A DNA stretch of 64,000 nt. Origin: a bacterium. GTDB taxonomy: Bacteria > Bacteroidota > Ignavibacteria > Palsa-1295. Every line of letters starts with the position of its first letter. Position 1 is the first letter of the stretch. Positions 22,658 to 32,201 of the stretch are shown here, in pieces. The stretch covers positions 7,108 to 71,107 of the forward strand of contig JBAWZA010000012.1 of the NCBI GenBank assembly GCA_037143335.1, read 5' to 3'. A program made the position numbers and the translations under genes. Under the pieces are notes generated by a model that worked only from the letters and a program-made list of their open reading frames with translations, had not been told where the DNA came from and made no database searches.

Positions 22658-22699
22658 AAATTCAATTAAAAATTCAAAATTAACAATTAAAAATTTTGA
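22658..22699. repeat. Degenerate 7-bp tandem repeat (ATTnAnA-like, about 6 units)
   Basis: aaattca attaaaa attcaaa attaaca attaaaa attttga. Confidence 0.6.
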
Positions 22700-22748
22700 G
22701 CTTAAGTTGGCGGGAGTAAAACAGAAAATGGCTTAATCCGTTCCGCTT

Positions 22749-23318
22749 TTATGCTACCGAGGCAAGGAATGCAGCCATTGCGCGTGCGCGGTGACTGATT
22801 TGGTTTTTTTGGCTTGAACTCATTTCTGCAAAGGTTAGTCCGTCTGATTCAATTGGTTCAAAGACAGGATCGTAGCCAAAGCCACTTGCTCCGCGGAATT
22901 CTTCAGTGATACTGCCTTCAACACTACCCATAAACGTTGACTCTGTACCTTTTTCATCGATGAACGCGATTACGGTGGAGAATCTCGCTTTTCTATTTGT
23001 CACTCCATCAAGTTCATTGAGCAATTTGTTGCAGTTGTCGTGGTAGGTTGCATTCTCACCTGCGTACCTTGCAGTGAAGACACCGGGCTGACCGCCGAGC
23101 GCTTCAACTTCTAAGCCTGTGTCATCGGAAAGCACTGCTCCACCCAAGACATGATGAACAGAACGAGCTTTAATCAGTGCATTCTCCCTAAGCGTCGCCC
23201 CTGTCTCAGGGATTTCAGGAAAATCATCGGGTAGGATATCTACTTCAAACGAATTTCCAACAATCGCGATGAGCTCATCGCGTTTATGAAGATTATGCGT
23301 TGCTAAAGTGAGCTTCAT
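22749..23318 (-). CDS. rdgB: XTP/dITP diphosphatase (Ham1 family)
   Basis: ATHNLHK, ENALIKA, DDTGLEV, GFGYDPVF, KNQISHR. Confidence 0.95.
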   Translation of the reverse strand: MKLTLATHNLHKRDELIAIVGNSFEVDILPDDFPEIPETGATLRENALIKARSVHHVLGGAVLSDDTGLEVEALGGQPGVFTARYAGENATYHDNCNKLLNELDGVTNRKARFSTVIAFIDEKGTESTFMGSVEGSITEEFRGASGFGYDPVFEPIESDGLTFAEMSSSQKNQISHRARAMAAFLASVA

Positions 23319-23339
23319 CAAGGTGAAAAACTTACGTAA

Positions 23340-24707
23340 TTACAATGAGAACTTGAGAACTTCCGATAGTGAATCAACACTATGAATTTTTGTGCCTTTT
23401 AATTTAGGGGCTGATTTCAAATTTGATTTAGGAATAACCACCGTCTCAAATCCAAGTTTCGCAGCTTCGGCAATCCGAAGTTCTGCTTGAGGCACAGCAC
23501 GAACTTCACCACCTAATCCAATCTCGCCAATGAAACAAGTTTTCGAGTCGAGCGGAATATCATTCAAACTCGAAAGGACTGCCATCGTAATAGCCAGATC
23601 GGCGGCTGGCTCGTCAACGGTGAGTCCACCTGCGATATTGATAAAAATATCTTTGTCACCAAGACGGACATTGAGTCTTCTTTCAACAACAGCCAACAAC
23701 ATTGCAATTCGACGATAATCATAACCCGTCGTTGTTCGCTGCGGATTATTATAATGAGTTGGTGCAACGAGTGCTTGCACTTCGAGCAATAGGGGACGAG
23801 TGCCTTCGAGTACACAGCACACTGCCGAACCAGATGAGCCATACTGGCGCTCCGATAGAAAAACTTCCGACGGATTCGGTACTTCGGCAAGCCCTTCCGA
23901 TGTCATCGAAAATACGCCAATCTCATTCGTTGAGCCATACCGATTTTTTTGTGCACGCAAAATTCGATAGGCATGAGTTCTCTCGCCTTCAAACTGAAGT
24001 ACCGTATCAACGATATGCTCTAAAACTTTCGGTCCAGCGATGGCACCTTCCTTCGTTACGTGACCTACAATAAAGACTGGGATACCTGATGATTTTGCAA
24101 ATTGTAAAAGAAGAGCGGTACTTTCTCTGACCTGTCCAACACTACCTGGCGCAGATTCAAGTGCTGGGCGATACATCGTCTGGATAGAATCAATAATAAG
24201 CACATCAGGTGAGCTATTCCGTGCTTCATCAATAATCAAATCAATGTTTGTCTCTCCAAGAAAATACACATCTTCATTTTTCATGAGGATTCGCTCGGCA
24301 CGGGATTTGAGTTGCTTCGGAGATTCTTCGCCTGAGACGTATAGTGTTTTTGCCGTCAACATTCCGCGCACCATCTGCAACAGTAGTGTGGATTTTCCAA
24401 TGCCCGGATCACCTCCGATGAGTACGAGCGATCCGCGCATGATACCACCTCCGAGTACGCGGTCTAGTTCAGTGATTCCGGTGAAAATTCTATCTTCAAC
24501 TCCTGTCGTAATTTCAGATAAACGCAGAGGCTTTGTCGCACCGGTCCCAAAACTTCTTGCACCTTTGGCTTTAGAATTCTCGACTGACAAGGTAGTAGTT
24601 TCTTCAACAAATGTATTCCACGAATTACATTCCGAGCATTTTCCGACCCAACGTGGTGAAATATATCCGCAATTTGAACAGACAAACTGTGTCTTACTTT
24701 TAGACAT
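23340..24707 (-). CDS. radA: DNA repair protein RadA/Sms
   Basis: C4 zinc finger, GDPGIGKST, KNRYG motif, Lon-like C-terminus. Confidence 0.97.
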   Translation of the reverse strand: MSKSKTQFVCSNCGYISPRWVGKCSECNSWNTFVEETTTLSVENSKAKGARSFGTGATKPLRLSEITTGVEDRIFTGITELDRVLGGGIMRGSLVLIGGDPGIGKSTLLLQMVRGMLTAKTLYVSGEESPKQLKSRAERILMKNEDVYFLGETNIDLIIDEARNSSPDVLIIDSIQTMYRPALESAPGSVGQVRESTALLLQFAKSSGIPVFIVGHVTKEGAIAGPKVLEHIVDTVLQFEGERTHAYRILRAQKNRYGSTNEIGVFSMTSEGLAEVPNPSEVFLSERQYGSSGSAVCCVLEGTRPLLLEVQALVAPTHYNNPQRTTTGYDYRRIAMLLAVVERRLNVRLGDKDIFINIAGGLTVDEPAADLAITMAVLSSLNDIPLDSKTCFIGEIGLGGEVRAVPQAELRIAEAAKLGFETVVIPKSNLKSAPKLKGTKIHSVDSLSEVLKFSL

Positions 24708-24736
24708 GACAAAGATTAATCAGATTGAGAGTCCGC

Positions 24737-27700
24737 TTAGTGAATCACTTGGATTGGCCGCGAAGTAATTGTATTCCCACCAATACGTAGAAATAGTTGG
24801 TAACTACCAGACCGGAGAGTTGAAACATCAAGCGTTGATACAACAGACCCATCGCGGAGGACTACCGGTAAGCGTAATGTCACTTCGCCGAGAGTATTCA
24901 CGAACGAAATTTCACCTTCTGCGCTCGCATGTGCGTCAATAACGATTCGGATAATATTCGTTGCAGGGTTCGGTGTCACAGAACGAATCCAACTCGGGAG
25001 TTCACCCAGGAGGAATGATCGCAACGTCGGATTGGCGCATTGATTGCCAACGCTAATCAGACCTGCACTTGCACTGATGTCAGAATATTGACTTGCAAAA
25101 ATTGAATCTACTCCTAAAATTGAGGTGTCATGCGCTGCGACGAAGCAATCGTAAGGAATCTTGAAAAACGTTGAGTCAAAAGAAAAGAGAGTATTCAAAT
25201 TTCGGTTATTTCGTGTGAGGAGGTAACGAATTTTTCCGACACTCTGCGGAATCTCTAGAATCGAATAATTTCCCAAAAGTGACGGAGCAGGGTGGAGGTT
25301 CACCATGTCGGCATCGTAGGTCATATCGAATGCGATGGAGTCAATGTTCACAGGTTTCGGAATCGCCGAAATCGCGACGGTGATATTCCCTGCAACTTGA
25401 GAGTGAATGACACGTGAAGTATCGATTTTTATCACGACGCTTGAGATCGCTCTGCCGATTCCAGTCACTGCGGCTAAATCCATTGTATCATTACTCACTG
25501 TCCAAACAGATTTCCAATCACCTAATAATTGAGGTGTGAATGTGATGGAGAATGATTTCTGTTCGAACGGTAAAAATGCAAGTGGTGATTTTAGATCACT
25601 GGTAAATACTCCGTTATTTCCTGCTTGGGTAATTTTTGATATGACGATCGGCGCTTCGTTTGGATTTTTCAAAGTAAAATTCAGCATATTCACTGAACCA
25701 CCATAGACTGTTCCGAAGTCAACAATTGCGGGGTTGAACTGGAGGAGCGGCCGCGCGCTTGGGTCAATGGAAATCGTTGTCTCGCAAATATGATCTGCGC
25801 TATCAACGGCTTTGATAATGACTGTCCCAAGTAGGAACGGATCAATGGTAGTAAAACTTTGCTGCGCATCATTGACAGAATTATAGACAACGGGACCGAC
25901 GGTAAGATTTGTCGCACTTCCGATGATAGAGATTGATTTGATCCCGCGATCCCATGCCGCTAACTCAGTCGAATGAAAAATTCTGGTCTTCGCATCAGGT
26001 ACTTCAATCGAACAAACGGGTGAGAATGTATCTGGCGATGGATCATATTTCAGCGTATCATAACCTGTATTCCCAACCGAATCAACAGCTGAAACTAACA
26101 CACGAACTGGTTGTAATGAATCAACAATTTGCACGCTAATCGTTGCATGCTTTGGATTGACGAAATTCTTTGTTGGAGCAGTAGAATTCGAAGCACCGAA
26201 TATTGTTAACTCTTTTATCCCAATATCTTTCGGTCGTTGTTCAGTAACGAGACCAGTGATAAATTTAATCGGTGATGCTACAGGGTCTTGCGTGATAATG
26301 GGAGGGAGGGAATCACCTGTAGCCGAATCAACACGAATGCAATACTTCCCTATATTTCCTGACGAATCAAATACTTGAATGCAACCATTCGTTGGCGATA
26401 GGAGAAGCGGGCGATGAACCCAGATTTGTCCTAAACGGCGGTTGATGACAGTGAAACTATCGAGCACAATGTTGAAAGCACCAGCGGACAAACTTACCGA
26501 TTTTAATCCCTTATCCCACGGACGAACTTCTGTTGCAAGGAAAATATATTTCCCCGCCAGTACTTGTTGAATCGCAATTTCAGGTGGGAGGGTGTCCGAC
26601 TTCGGCGTGTAGTCAACGACTATTCTACTCTTGTTATTTGCTGAGTCCGATGAAATGTAGATTGCCTTCGCAGCCTGCATCGTATCATTAGCCACCAAGC
26701 TATCGGCTACGTAATTCGGGAATTGTCGTATCTGCGATCTTTTGCTAAAATTAAATATTGCGGAATCCGTAAACAAGCGTATCCCTCTTGTACACGGATA
26801 GTTCTCAGTAGCGCTGACAAGCCTTGTAGTATATACCGACGGTACGGAAGTCATTAATGGTGCAGTTACATCAACGGTGCTTCTGCCGAGGTAGTATTGT
26901 TCATCGACTGTTCGCGAGACTCCCTTGTAATTCAAAGTGAGGTTTATGTCGTGGAGCTTCACCCACGGGCAAGGATTTGTCGAAGGATAACGTATGAGAC
27001 AATGCTCACCGAACGTCAGTTCAGAGAGCATCTGCATGGTTGGTACATGCAAACCCGAATCCTTGGCCGCCATATAGAGACCGCCTGTAACGTGAGCTAG
27101 CTTTGCGTTTAATGGTGAGCCGTCGGATCCAATCTCCATCACATAGAGTGTGATTCCCCAAGCCTTGAAAAGAGAATCAAAAAATGGTGTGTCAATGATT
27201 CCATCATCCGTGACCAAGACGATCGCTTTATGTTTGTATGGTTGTAGTTGCAGTAATCCTGCGCAATAGTTTACTGCATTATCTACATTCGTGAATCCCT
27301 TAAATTGCTGGTTGCGTAAATTAAATTGAAAGTCGTTTGAGTCAAGTGGAGTTTGGCCTTTGTAGAATCCACCTGTGCGCGCACCAGCTGGATAGTAGTT
27401 GACTTGGTCGGTAAAAGACACAAGTGCATAGCGAGATTGTGCAGGGATTCCAGAAATAAATTTTGCGAAAGAGTTAAAGTATGAAGGGTAGATATTCCAC
27501 GTGTCTCCAGCGCTTGCTAATACAGAAGTACTTGCATCGACGCAAAACACGACTGCCGCTTGACCGGACTCATCACAATCATTTATTTCGAAATTTGTCA
27601 CTGGAAAATTATCCTCAGTGATTTTGAGGTTATTTGGCGCTACACCAGGTTGAGGGAGTGAACCGTTAAAGGTCGCAGTCATCTTGAGGCGGACGATGGG

Positions 27701-27820
27701 GAAGCTGTCAATCCTCGGGGTCGAAGTTACAAACCCAATCCGTTGAGCTTGTATGCAAACTGGGAGTACGAGCGTACTCCAGAGCAGTAAGATGATTGCA
27801 CGTCCTACAGTTTTATTCAC
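24737..27820 (-). CDS. T9SS cargo: VWA + four Ig-like repeats + choice-of-anchor-D-like Ig + cohesin-like + CTD (putative adhesin)
   Basis: Signal peptide; MIDAS-like CVDASTS/T/LVTDD; repeated D..(A/P)P...DS..N units; C-terminal TPNPAT...NTLG...LRSGSY. Confidence 0.75.
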   Translation of the reverse strand: MNKTVGRAIILLLWSTLVLPVCIQAQRIGFVTSTPRIDSFPIVRLKMTATFNGSLPQPGVAPNNLKITEDNFPVTNFEINDCDESGQAAVVFCVDASTSVLASAGDTWNIYPSYFNSFAKFISGIPAQSRYALVSFTDQVNYYPAGARTGGFYKGQTPLDSNDFQFNLRNQQFKGFTNVDNAVNYCAGLLQLQPYKHKAIVLVTDDGIIDTPFFDSLFKAWGITLYVMEIGSDGSPLNAKLAHVTGGLYMAAKDSGLHVPTMQMLSELTFGEHCLIRYPSTNPCPWVKLHDINLTLNYKGVSRTVDEQYYLGRSTVDVTAPLMTSVPSVYTTRLVSATENYPCTRGIRLFTDSAIFNFSKRSQIRQFPNYVADSLVANDTMQAAKAIYISSDSANNKSRIVVDYTPKSDTLPPEIAIQQVLAGKYIFLATEVRPWDKGLKSVSLSAGAFNIVLDSFTVINRRLGQIWVHRPLLLSPTNGCIQVFDSSGNIGKYCIRVDSATGDSLPPIITQDPVASPIKFITGLVTEQRPKDIGIKELTIFGASNSTAPTKNFVNPKHATISVQIVDSLQPVRVLVSAVDSVGNTGYDTLKYDPSPDTFSPVCSIEVPDAKTRIFHSTELAAWDRGIKSISIIGSATNLTVGPVVYNSVNDAQQSFTTIDPFLLGTVIIKAVDSADHICETTISIDPSARPLLQFNPAIVDFGTVYGGSVNMLNFTLKNPNEAPIVISKITQAGNNGVFTSDLKSPLAFLPFEQKSFSITFTPQLLGDWKSVWTVSNDTMDLAAVTGIGRAISSVVIKIDTSRVIHSQVAGNITVAISAIPKPVNIDSIAFDMTYDADMVNLHPAPSLLGNYSILEIPQSVGKIRYLLTRNNRNLNTLFSFDSTFFKIPYDCFVAAHDTSILGVDSIFASQYSDISASAGLISVGNQCANPTLRSFLLGELPSWIRSVTPNPATNIIRIVIDAHASAEGEISFVNTLGEVTLRLPVVLRDGSVVSTLDVSTLRSGSYQLFLRIGGNTITSRPIQVIH

Positions 27821-27979
27821 TTCGCTTTATTTGTACTTGGTTCTGAATGTTTCATGTAAATATGCCTAATAATGAACGCATTTGAACGGGGAGAGATTCA
27901 GCAGATTTTGTCCTCGAGTTGGTCGGAACATTTTGTGAAGAGTCTGTGTCATAGATAGTGCTCTTATCAACAACTAACT

Positions 27980-28897
27980 TTGCCAAATATCCCCACATAC
28001 ATCGGATTCGATGGTGGCGGTTCGACAAGTCGCTTTCTTATCAAGCGCGATTCTCGTCGCGCGGAGGAAATAATCTACCGACGTGACCTCAAATACACCG
28101 ATATTGGGATAGACCAGTCTGCAAAAGGGTTTGCTGATTGCCTCAACCAGATATTAGAAGTCGAGATCAATTCAATTAGGTCAATTTGTGTGTCGTTATC
28201 GGGAGCAAGTGATGTACTTTCCAATAATCTTTTTGCCCAAGCTCTCCGAAGGGAGTTAGAATTACCCACCATGAAACTACACATCGAAAGCGATTCTACG
28301 TTTACATTAAATACTGCCTATCCGACAACAGAATCTGGTATGCTCCTGATTGCCGGCACAGGAAGTGTCGTTATGGCGAAAACACGAGATGGTAAGCAAA
28401 GAAAAATTGGTGGTTTCGGCAGATTACTCGGTGACGAAGGTAGCGGGCATTGGATAGGTGTGCAAGCACTAAAACATTATCTTAGAGTAATTGAACAAAC
28501 CGAAACGAAAGGAATACTCGCGCATAGAATAGAAAATATATTGAATGCTTCAGAAGCGTCAAGTCATCACGAGCTGAGAAAACTATTGCATGATGATGTC
28601 CTTCACCCATCAGAATTCGCTCCGATTGTTTTCGACTCATTAACAGACGATGGGTATGCAAAAGAAATACTTTACGATGCTGGGAGATTCTTAATGCGTG
28701 AGGTAGAGATGCTCTGGGAGCAAGTACAATCCGAGTGTGATCCTAAACTTGTGCTCTTCGGAGGCATTGCAACACAGGAATTTATCTCCACCTACATTCG
28801 TGAAGATTGTGATGAACTTGGAATTGCATGTACTATTTTAGATGCCGAACTCCCGCTCAAACGCGCACTATCTGTTGCTGAGTCCCTCTCTGATTAA
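27980..28897 (+). CDS. BadF/BadG/BcrA/BcrD-family sugar kinase (N-acetylglucosamine/MurNAc kinase-like)
   Basis: GFDGGGSTS, LIAGTGS, GGFGRLLGDEGSGHWIG, GGI. Confidence 0.85.
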   Translation: MPNIPTYIGFDGGGSTSRFLIKRDSRRAEEIIYRRDLKYTDIGIDQSAKGFADCLNQILEVEINSIRSICVSLSGASDVLSNNLFAQALRRELELPTMKLHIESDSTFTLNTAYPTTESGMLLIAGTGSVVMAKTRDGKQRKIGGFGRLLGDEGSGHWIGVQALKHYLRVIEQTETKGILAHRIENILNASEASSHHELRKLLHDDVLHPSEFAPIVFDSLTDDGYAKEILYDAGRFLMREVEMLWEQVQSECDPKLVLFGGIATQEFISTYIREDCDELGIACTILDAELPLKRALSVAESLSD

Positions 28898-30864
28898 GTT
28901 GTCTGGTTCGTACCGTTTGTGTCTTGCTTGAATGTCAAGTACGTATGATCGGATAGTCCTCGCTCATACTCAGCAAGCAATCGCATTCCTTCATTGGGTT
29001 TTATTCTGTCTGATTTGATCGCCTCGCTAATCTGCTCTTTTAAATTTCGGACAAGTTCTTTTGGATGGTACTGAGTATATTCTAATACTTGCGCAATAGA
29101 ATTGCCCTCGATTGTTTCTTCAATGTAAAAGCCAGACTCTTCGTCAGGGTCAAGAAAAATATGCGCTTCGTTCACTCTGCCGAATAAATTATGCAGATCA
29201 CCCATGATATCTTGATACGCTCCAGTCATAAATATGCCGATATAATATGGCTCACCATTTTTGAGTGGATGAATAGGCAAGGTCTTACGGACATCTCTGA
29301 TATCAGCAAAGCGACTGATCTTTCCGTCCGAGTCACAAGTAATATCTACGAGCGTTCCGTGGACAGTAGGAGGTTCATTCAATCGGTGAATCGGTAGAAT
29401 TGGGAATATCTGTCCGAGTGCCCAGTGATCGAGTAAGCTCTGGAACACTGAAAAATTGCACAAGTACTGATCAGCAAGATGAGGCGCAAGCTCAGCGATT
29501 TCTTCGGGGATTACATCATCATTGTCTGGATCATCGGCGCTGAGTTTGTAGTAATCCGAAATCTCTTCGATAATATGCCAATAGTATGTCTCGATTTTTG
29601 CTTTTGTGAGGAGGTCAAGAATGCCAAGCTCGAAAGCGTTTTGCGACTCCTCCTTGATTTGCAAAGCATCATGAAGTGCAACACGTGGGTTAAGCAGCAT
29701 ATTTTCCTTTACTTCAACCAATTGCTTCACCCACTTATGGTCTTGCGGAGAAACCGTAAGGTCGTAGGCAGATTTTGTCTTCTCAATAGCGCCGAAAACT
29801 TGAACAACAAGAACGGAATGGTGGGCGACGATCGCTCTGCCGGATTCAGATACAATGTTTGGATGCGCCACGCCTTCTTCGTCGCAGATATCCATGATGT
29901 TGTATACGCAGTCTGCGCAATACTCCTCGAGTGTATAATTCGTAGATGAGTGAAAGAGCGAACGACTACCATCATAGTCAACACCTAAGCCTCCACCAAC
30001 GTCAATGAAATTTAAATCGGTAAATCCTAATTTCTTTAATTTTGCAAAATACCGCGTTGCTTCTCTGGTAGCTTTCTTAATTGATTGAATGTCGGGAATT
30101 TGCGAACCGATGTGAAAGTGAACCATCTTCAGAGTGCTCATCGCATTTTCTGAACGGAAGTATTCAACAGCCTCCATCAAATCCATCGTCGAGAGACCGA
30201 ACTTTGCAGACTCTCCGCCAGATGTTGCCCAAATTCCGCTTGACTTTGCAGCGAGGCGAACACGAATCCCGATCCACGGCTCGACACCAATTTCCCTAGC
30301 ATTTTGAAGGATAGATTTTATCTCCTCAAGCTTCTCGGCAATCATAATAACCTTTTTCCCCAAACGGATTCCGTTAAGAGCAGTCCGGATAAAATCGTTA
30401 TCTTTATATCCGTTGCAGATAATAAGTGCGTCAGGATTTTTGTGTGTTGCTAACGCCGCGAATAACTCTGGCTTGGAGCCGGCTTCAAGTCCATAATTAA
30501 ATGGTCGCCCTGCATCTTCGATTTCGTCAATTACCTCGCGGAGCTGATTTACTTTAATCGGAAAGACTCCGCAGTACTTACCGTTATATTTCATTTCCGC
30601 GATGGAGTCGTTGAACGAACGGTTCAGCCACTCGACTCTGTCGCGGAGTAAATCTTGGAAACGAAGTACAATCGGAAAACGAAGTCCCCGCTCTGGTGCT
30701 TCGGCTAAAACCTTCATGATATCAATACTTGCACCCTTTTGTCGAAGTGGCGAGACCGTGACGTTGCCAATTTCATTTACAGAAAAATACCCAAGCCCCC
30801 AGCGATCAATGCTGTAGGTGGAAATGGCATCCTCTATAGTCCAATCCTGTGTTTCTGTGGTCAT
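28894..30864 (-). CDS. speA: Biosynthetic arginine decarboxylase
   Basis: YSIDRWGLGYF, FPIKVNQ (PLP Lys), GLEAGSKPEL, HFHIGSQ, DITCDSDG, GAYQDIMGDLHNLFG. Confidence 0.96.
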   Translation of the reverse strand: MTTETQDWTIEDAISTYSIDRWGLGYFSVNEIGNVTVSPLRQKGASIDIMKVLAEAPERGLRFPIVLRFQDLLRDRVEWLNRSFNDSIAEMKYNGKYCGVFPIKVNQLREVIDEIEDAGRPFNYGLEAGSKPELFAALATHKNPDALIICNGYKDNDFIRTALNGIRLGKKVIMIAEKLEEIKSILQNAREIGVEPWIGIRVRLAAKSSGIWATSGGESAKFGLSTMDLMEAVEYFRSENAMSTLKMVHFHIGSQIPDIQSIKKATREATRYFAKLKKLGFTDLNFIDVGGGLGVDYDGSRSLFHSSTNYTLEEYCADCVYNIMDICDEEGVAHPNIVSESGRAIVAHHSVLVVQVFGAIEKTKSAYDLTVSPQDHKWVKQLVEVKENMLLNPRVALHDALQIKEESQNAFELGILDLLTKAKIETYYWHIIEEISDYYKLSADDPDNDDVIPEEIAELAPHLADQYLCNFSVFQSLLDHWALGQIFPILPIHRLNEPPTVHGTLVDITCDSDGKISRFADIRDVRKTLPIHPLKNGEPYYIGIFMTGAYQDIMGDLHNLFGRVNEAHIFLDPDEESGFYIEETIEGNSIAQVLEYTQYHPKELVRNLKEQISEAIKSDRIKPNEGMRLLAEYERGLSDHTYLTFKQDTNGTNQTT

Positions 30865-30989
30865 GCTTTTTAAGTGGGTCGCGGAAAACAAATGAACGTG
30901 CTAACTTTTACGAGAGGAAACGGTAACACATTTGAGTTGGGAAAAACTTCTCTCAGGCAGTGAAGAAAGAAAAATTAGTAAAATCGGCG

Positions 30990-31853
30990 TTAGCTTCTGC
31001 TCATGCGCTCGAGACGCATAGACTTCGTAGCATACTTCTTGTTAAATGGGGCAATAAAATATGCTTTGATGATGTAACCCCAAAAACTTCTTTCATTTAG
31101 AACTGGGTTGATGTTTGCTTCGATCTTTCTGTGTGCCTTCGGTGTCTCGCTCCAATGAATGCCAGCGCGCTCATGGTGAGCAGTATGAAATCCGTTATTG
31201 AATAGCATTGCATTCAACACTGGTCCCGTGATATTTCTGGAATGATCTATCGGCGATTCTTCATCAGCGTGAACATGCTGCACGTAGTTAAAGACAAGCA
31301 CACTGAAAAGAGAAACTTGATGTGGTATAGCAATAAAAATCAACGCCTTCTTCCAGTCCATATAGAATGTGACGGCATAGAACACTCCGAGTGCGACATA
31401 CTGTAGGACAGCAAGGAAAAATTCTTTTCGATCGGTTTGCCAAAGCATCTTGATGTAATCAAAGATTGGTTTCTGCTGGTGGAAACTCGAAATGGAGGGA
31501 TAACTAGTTAGTGAGAAGAGATGGTTCTTTTCGGTAATCCGATACGTGATGGTGTAATCACCTTCCTTGTTGTTAAAAAAATGGTGGTTCTTATTATGCG
31601 TTGGAATCCATCCGAAAGCGGGAAAGCCGTAGAACAATGTCAGCCAATAATCAGTCAGTACATTCAGTGGCTTTGATCTCCACATCGGAAGGTGGTTGTG
31701 ATTATGTGCTATCACAGCTACGGAAACGGCAAAGAACAAACTCGCGACGTAGAGGAAGATGTTAAAGCCCACGACGTTCCACTCCAGAACCAGGATGGCA
31801 GTGGTAACGACCATGTAGATAAGAGTCCGAATATCGGCTTTGTAACGCAGCAT
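30990..31853 (-). CDS. Membrane fatty acid desaturase family protein
   Basis: His boxes HNHNH, HNKNHH and QH...HTAHH; TM helices. Confidence 0.88.
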   Translation of the reverse strand: MLRYKADIRTLIYMVVTTAILVLEWNVVGFNIFLYVASLFFAVSVAVIAHNHNHLPMWRSKPLNVLTDYWLTLFYGFPAFGWIPTHNKNHHFFNNKEGDYTITYRITEKNHLFSLTSYPSISSFHQQKPIFDYIKMLWQTDRKEFFLAVLQYVALGVFYAVTFYMDWKKALIFIAIPHQVSLFSVLVFNYVQHVHADEESPIDHSRNITGPVLNAMLFNNGFHTAHHERAGIHWSETPKAHRKIEANINPVLNERSFWGYIIKAYFIAPFNKKYATKSMRLERMSRS

Positions 31854-32092
31854 AAATAAAATGCAATTCAAGGTGAATAACAATACCCAAGCATTACGGG
31901 CTCGAGTGGATCAAGTCGGAATGCGGTTCGAAATCTCTAAACACTCAAACATCCAAATTCAATTCATCTCAGACCGTTAGAAATTCATACCACTTCACTG
32001 AGAATGGCGCTATGCCTTTGACAACTTCAAAATGCATCTCGGACGGAATCCTAACCATAGCGGTGCTGTTTTACGCCGCACTCATGAAAATT

Positions 32093-32175
32093 GCCCGAGT
32101 GGTGAAATGGCAGACACGCTGTCTTCAGGTGGCAGTAATCGAAAGGTTGTGCGAGTTCAAGTCTCGCCTCGGGCA
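32093..32175 (+). tRNA. tRNA-Leu (CAG)
   Basis: GCCCGAG acceptor stem, anticodon arm CTGTC-TTCAGGT-GGCAG, long variable arm, GTTCAAGTC; no CCA. Confidence 0.95.
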
Positions 32176-32201
32176 CAACAAATGGATTGTTCAATCAGAT
32201 A

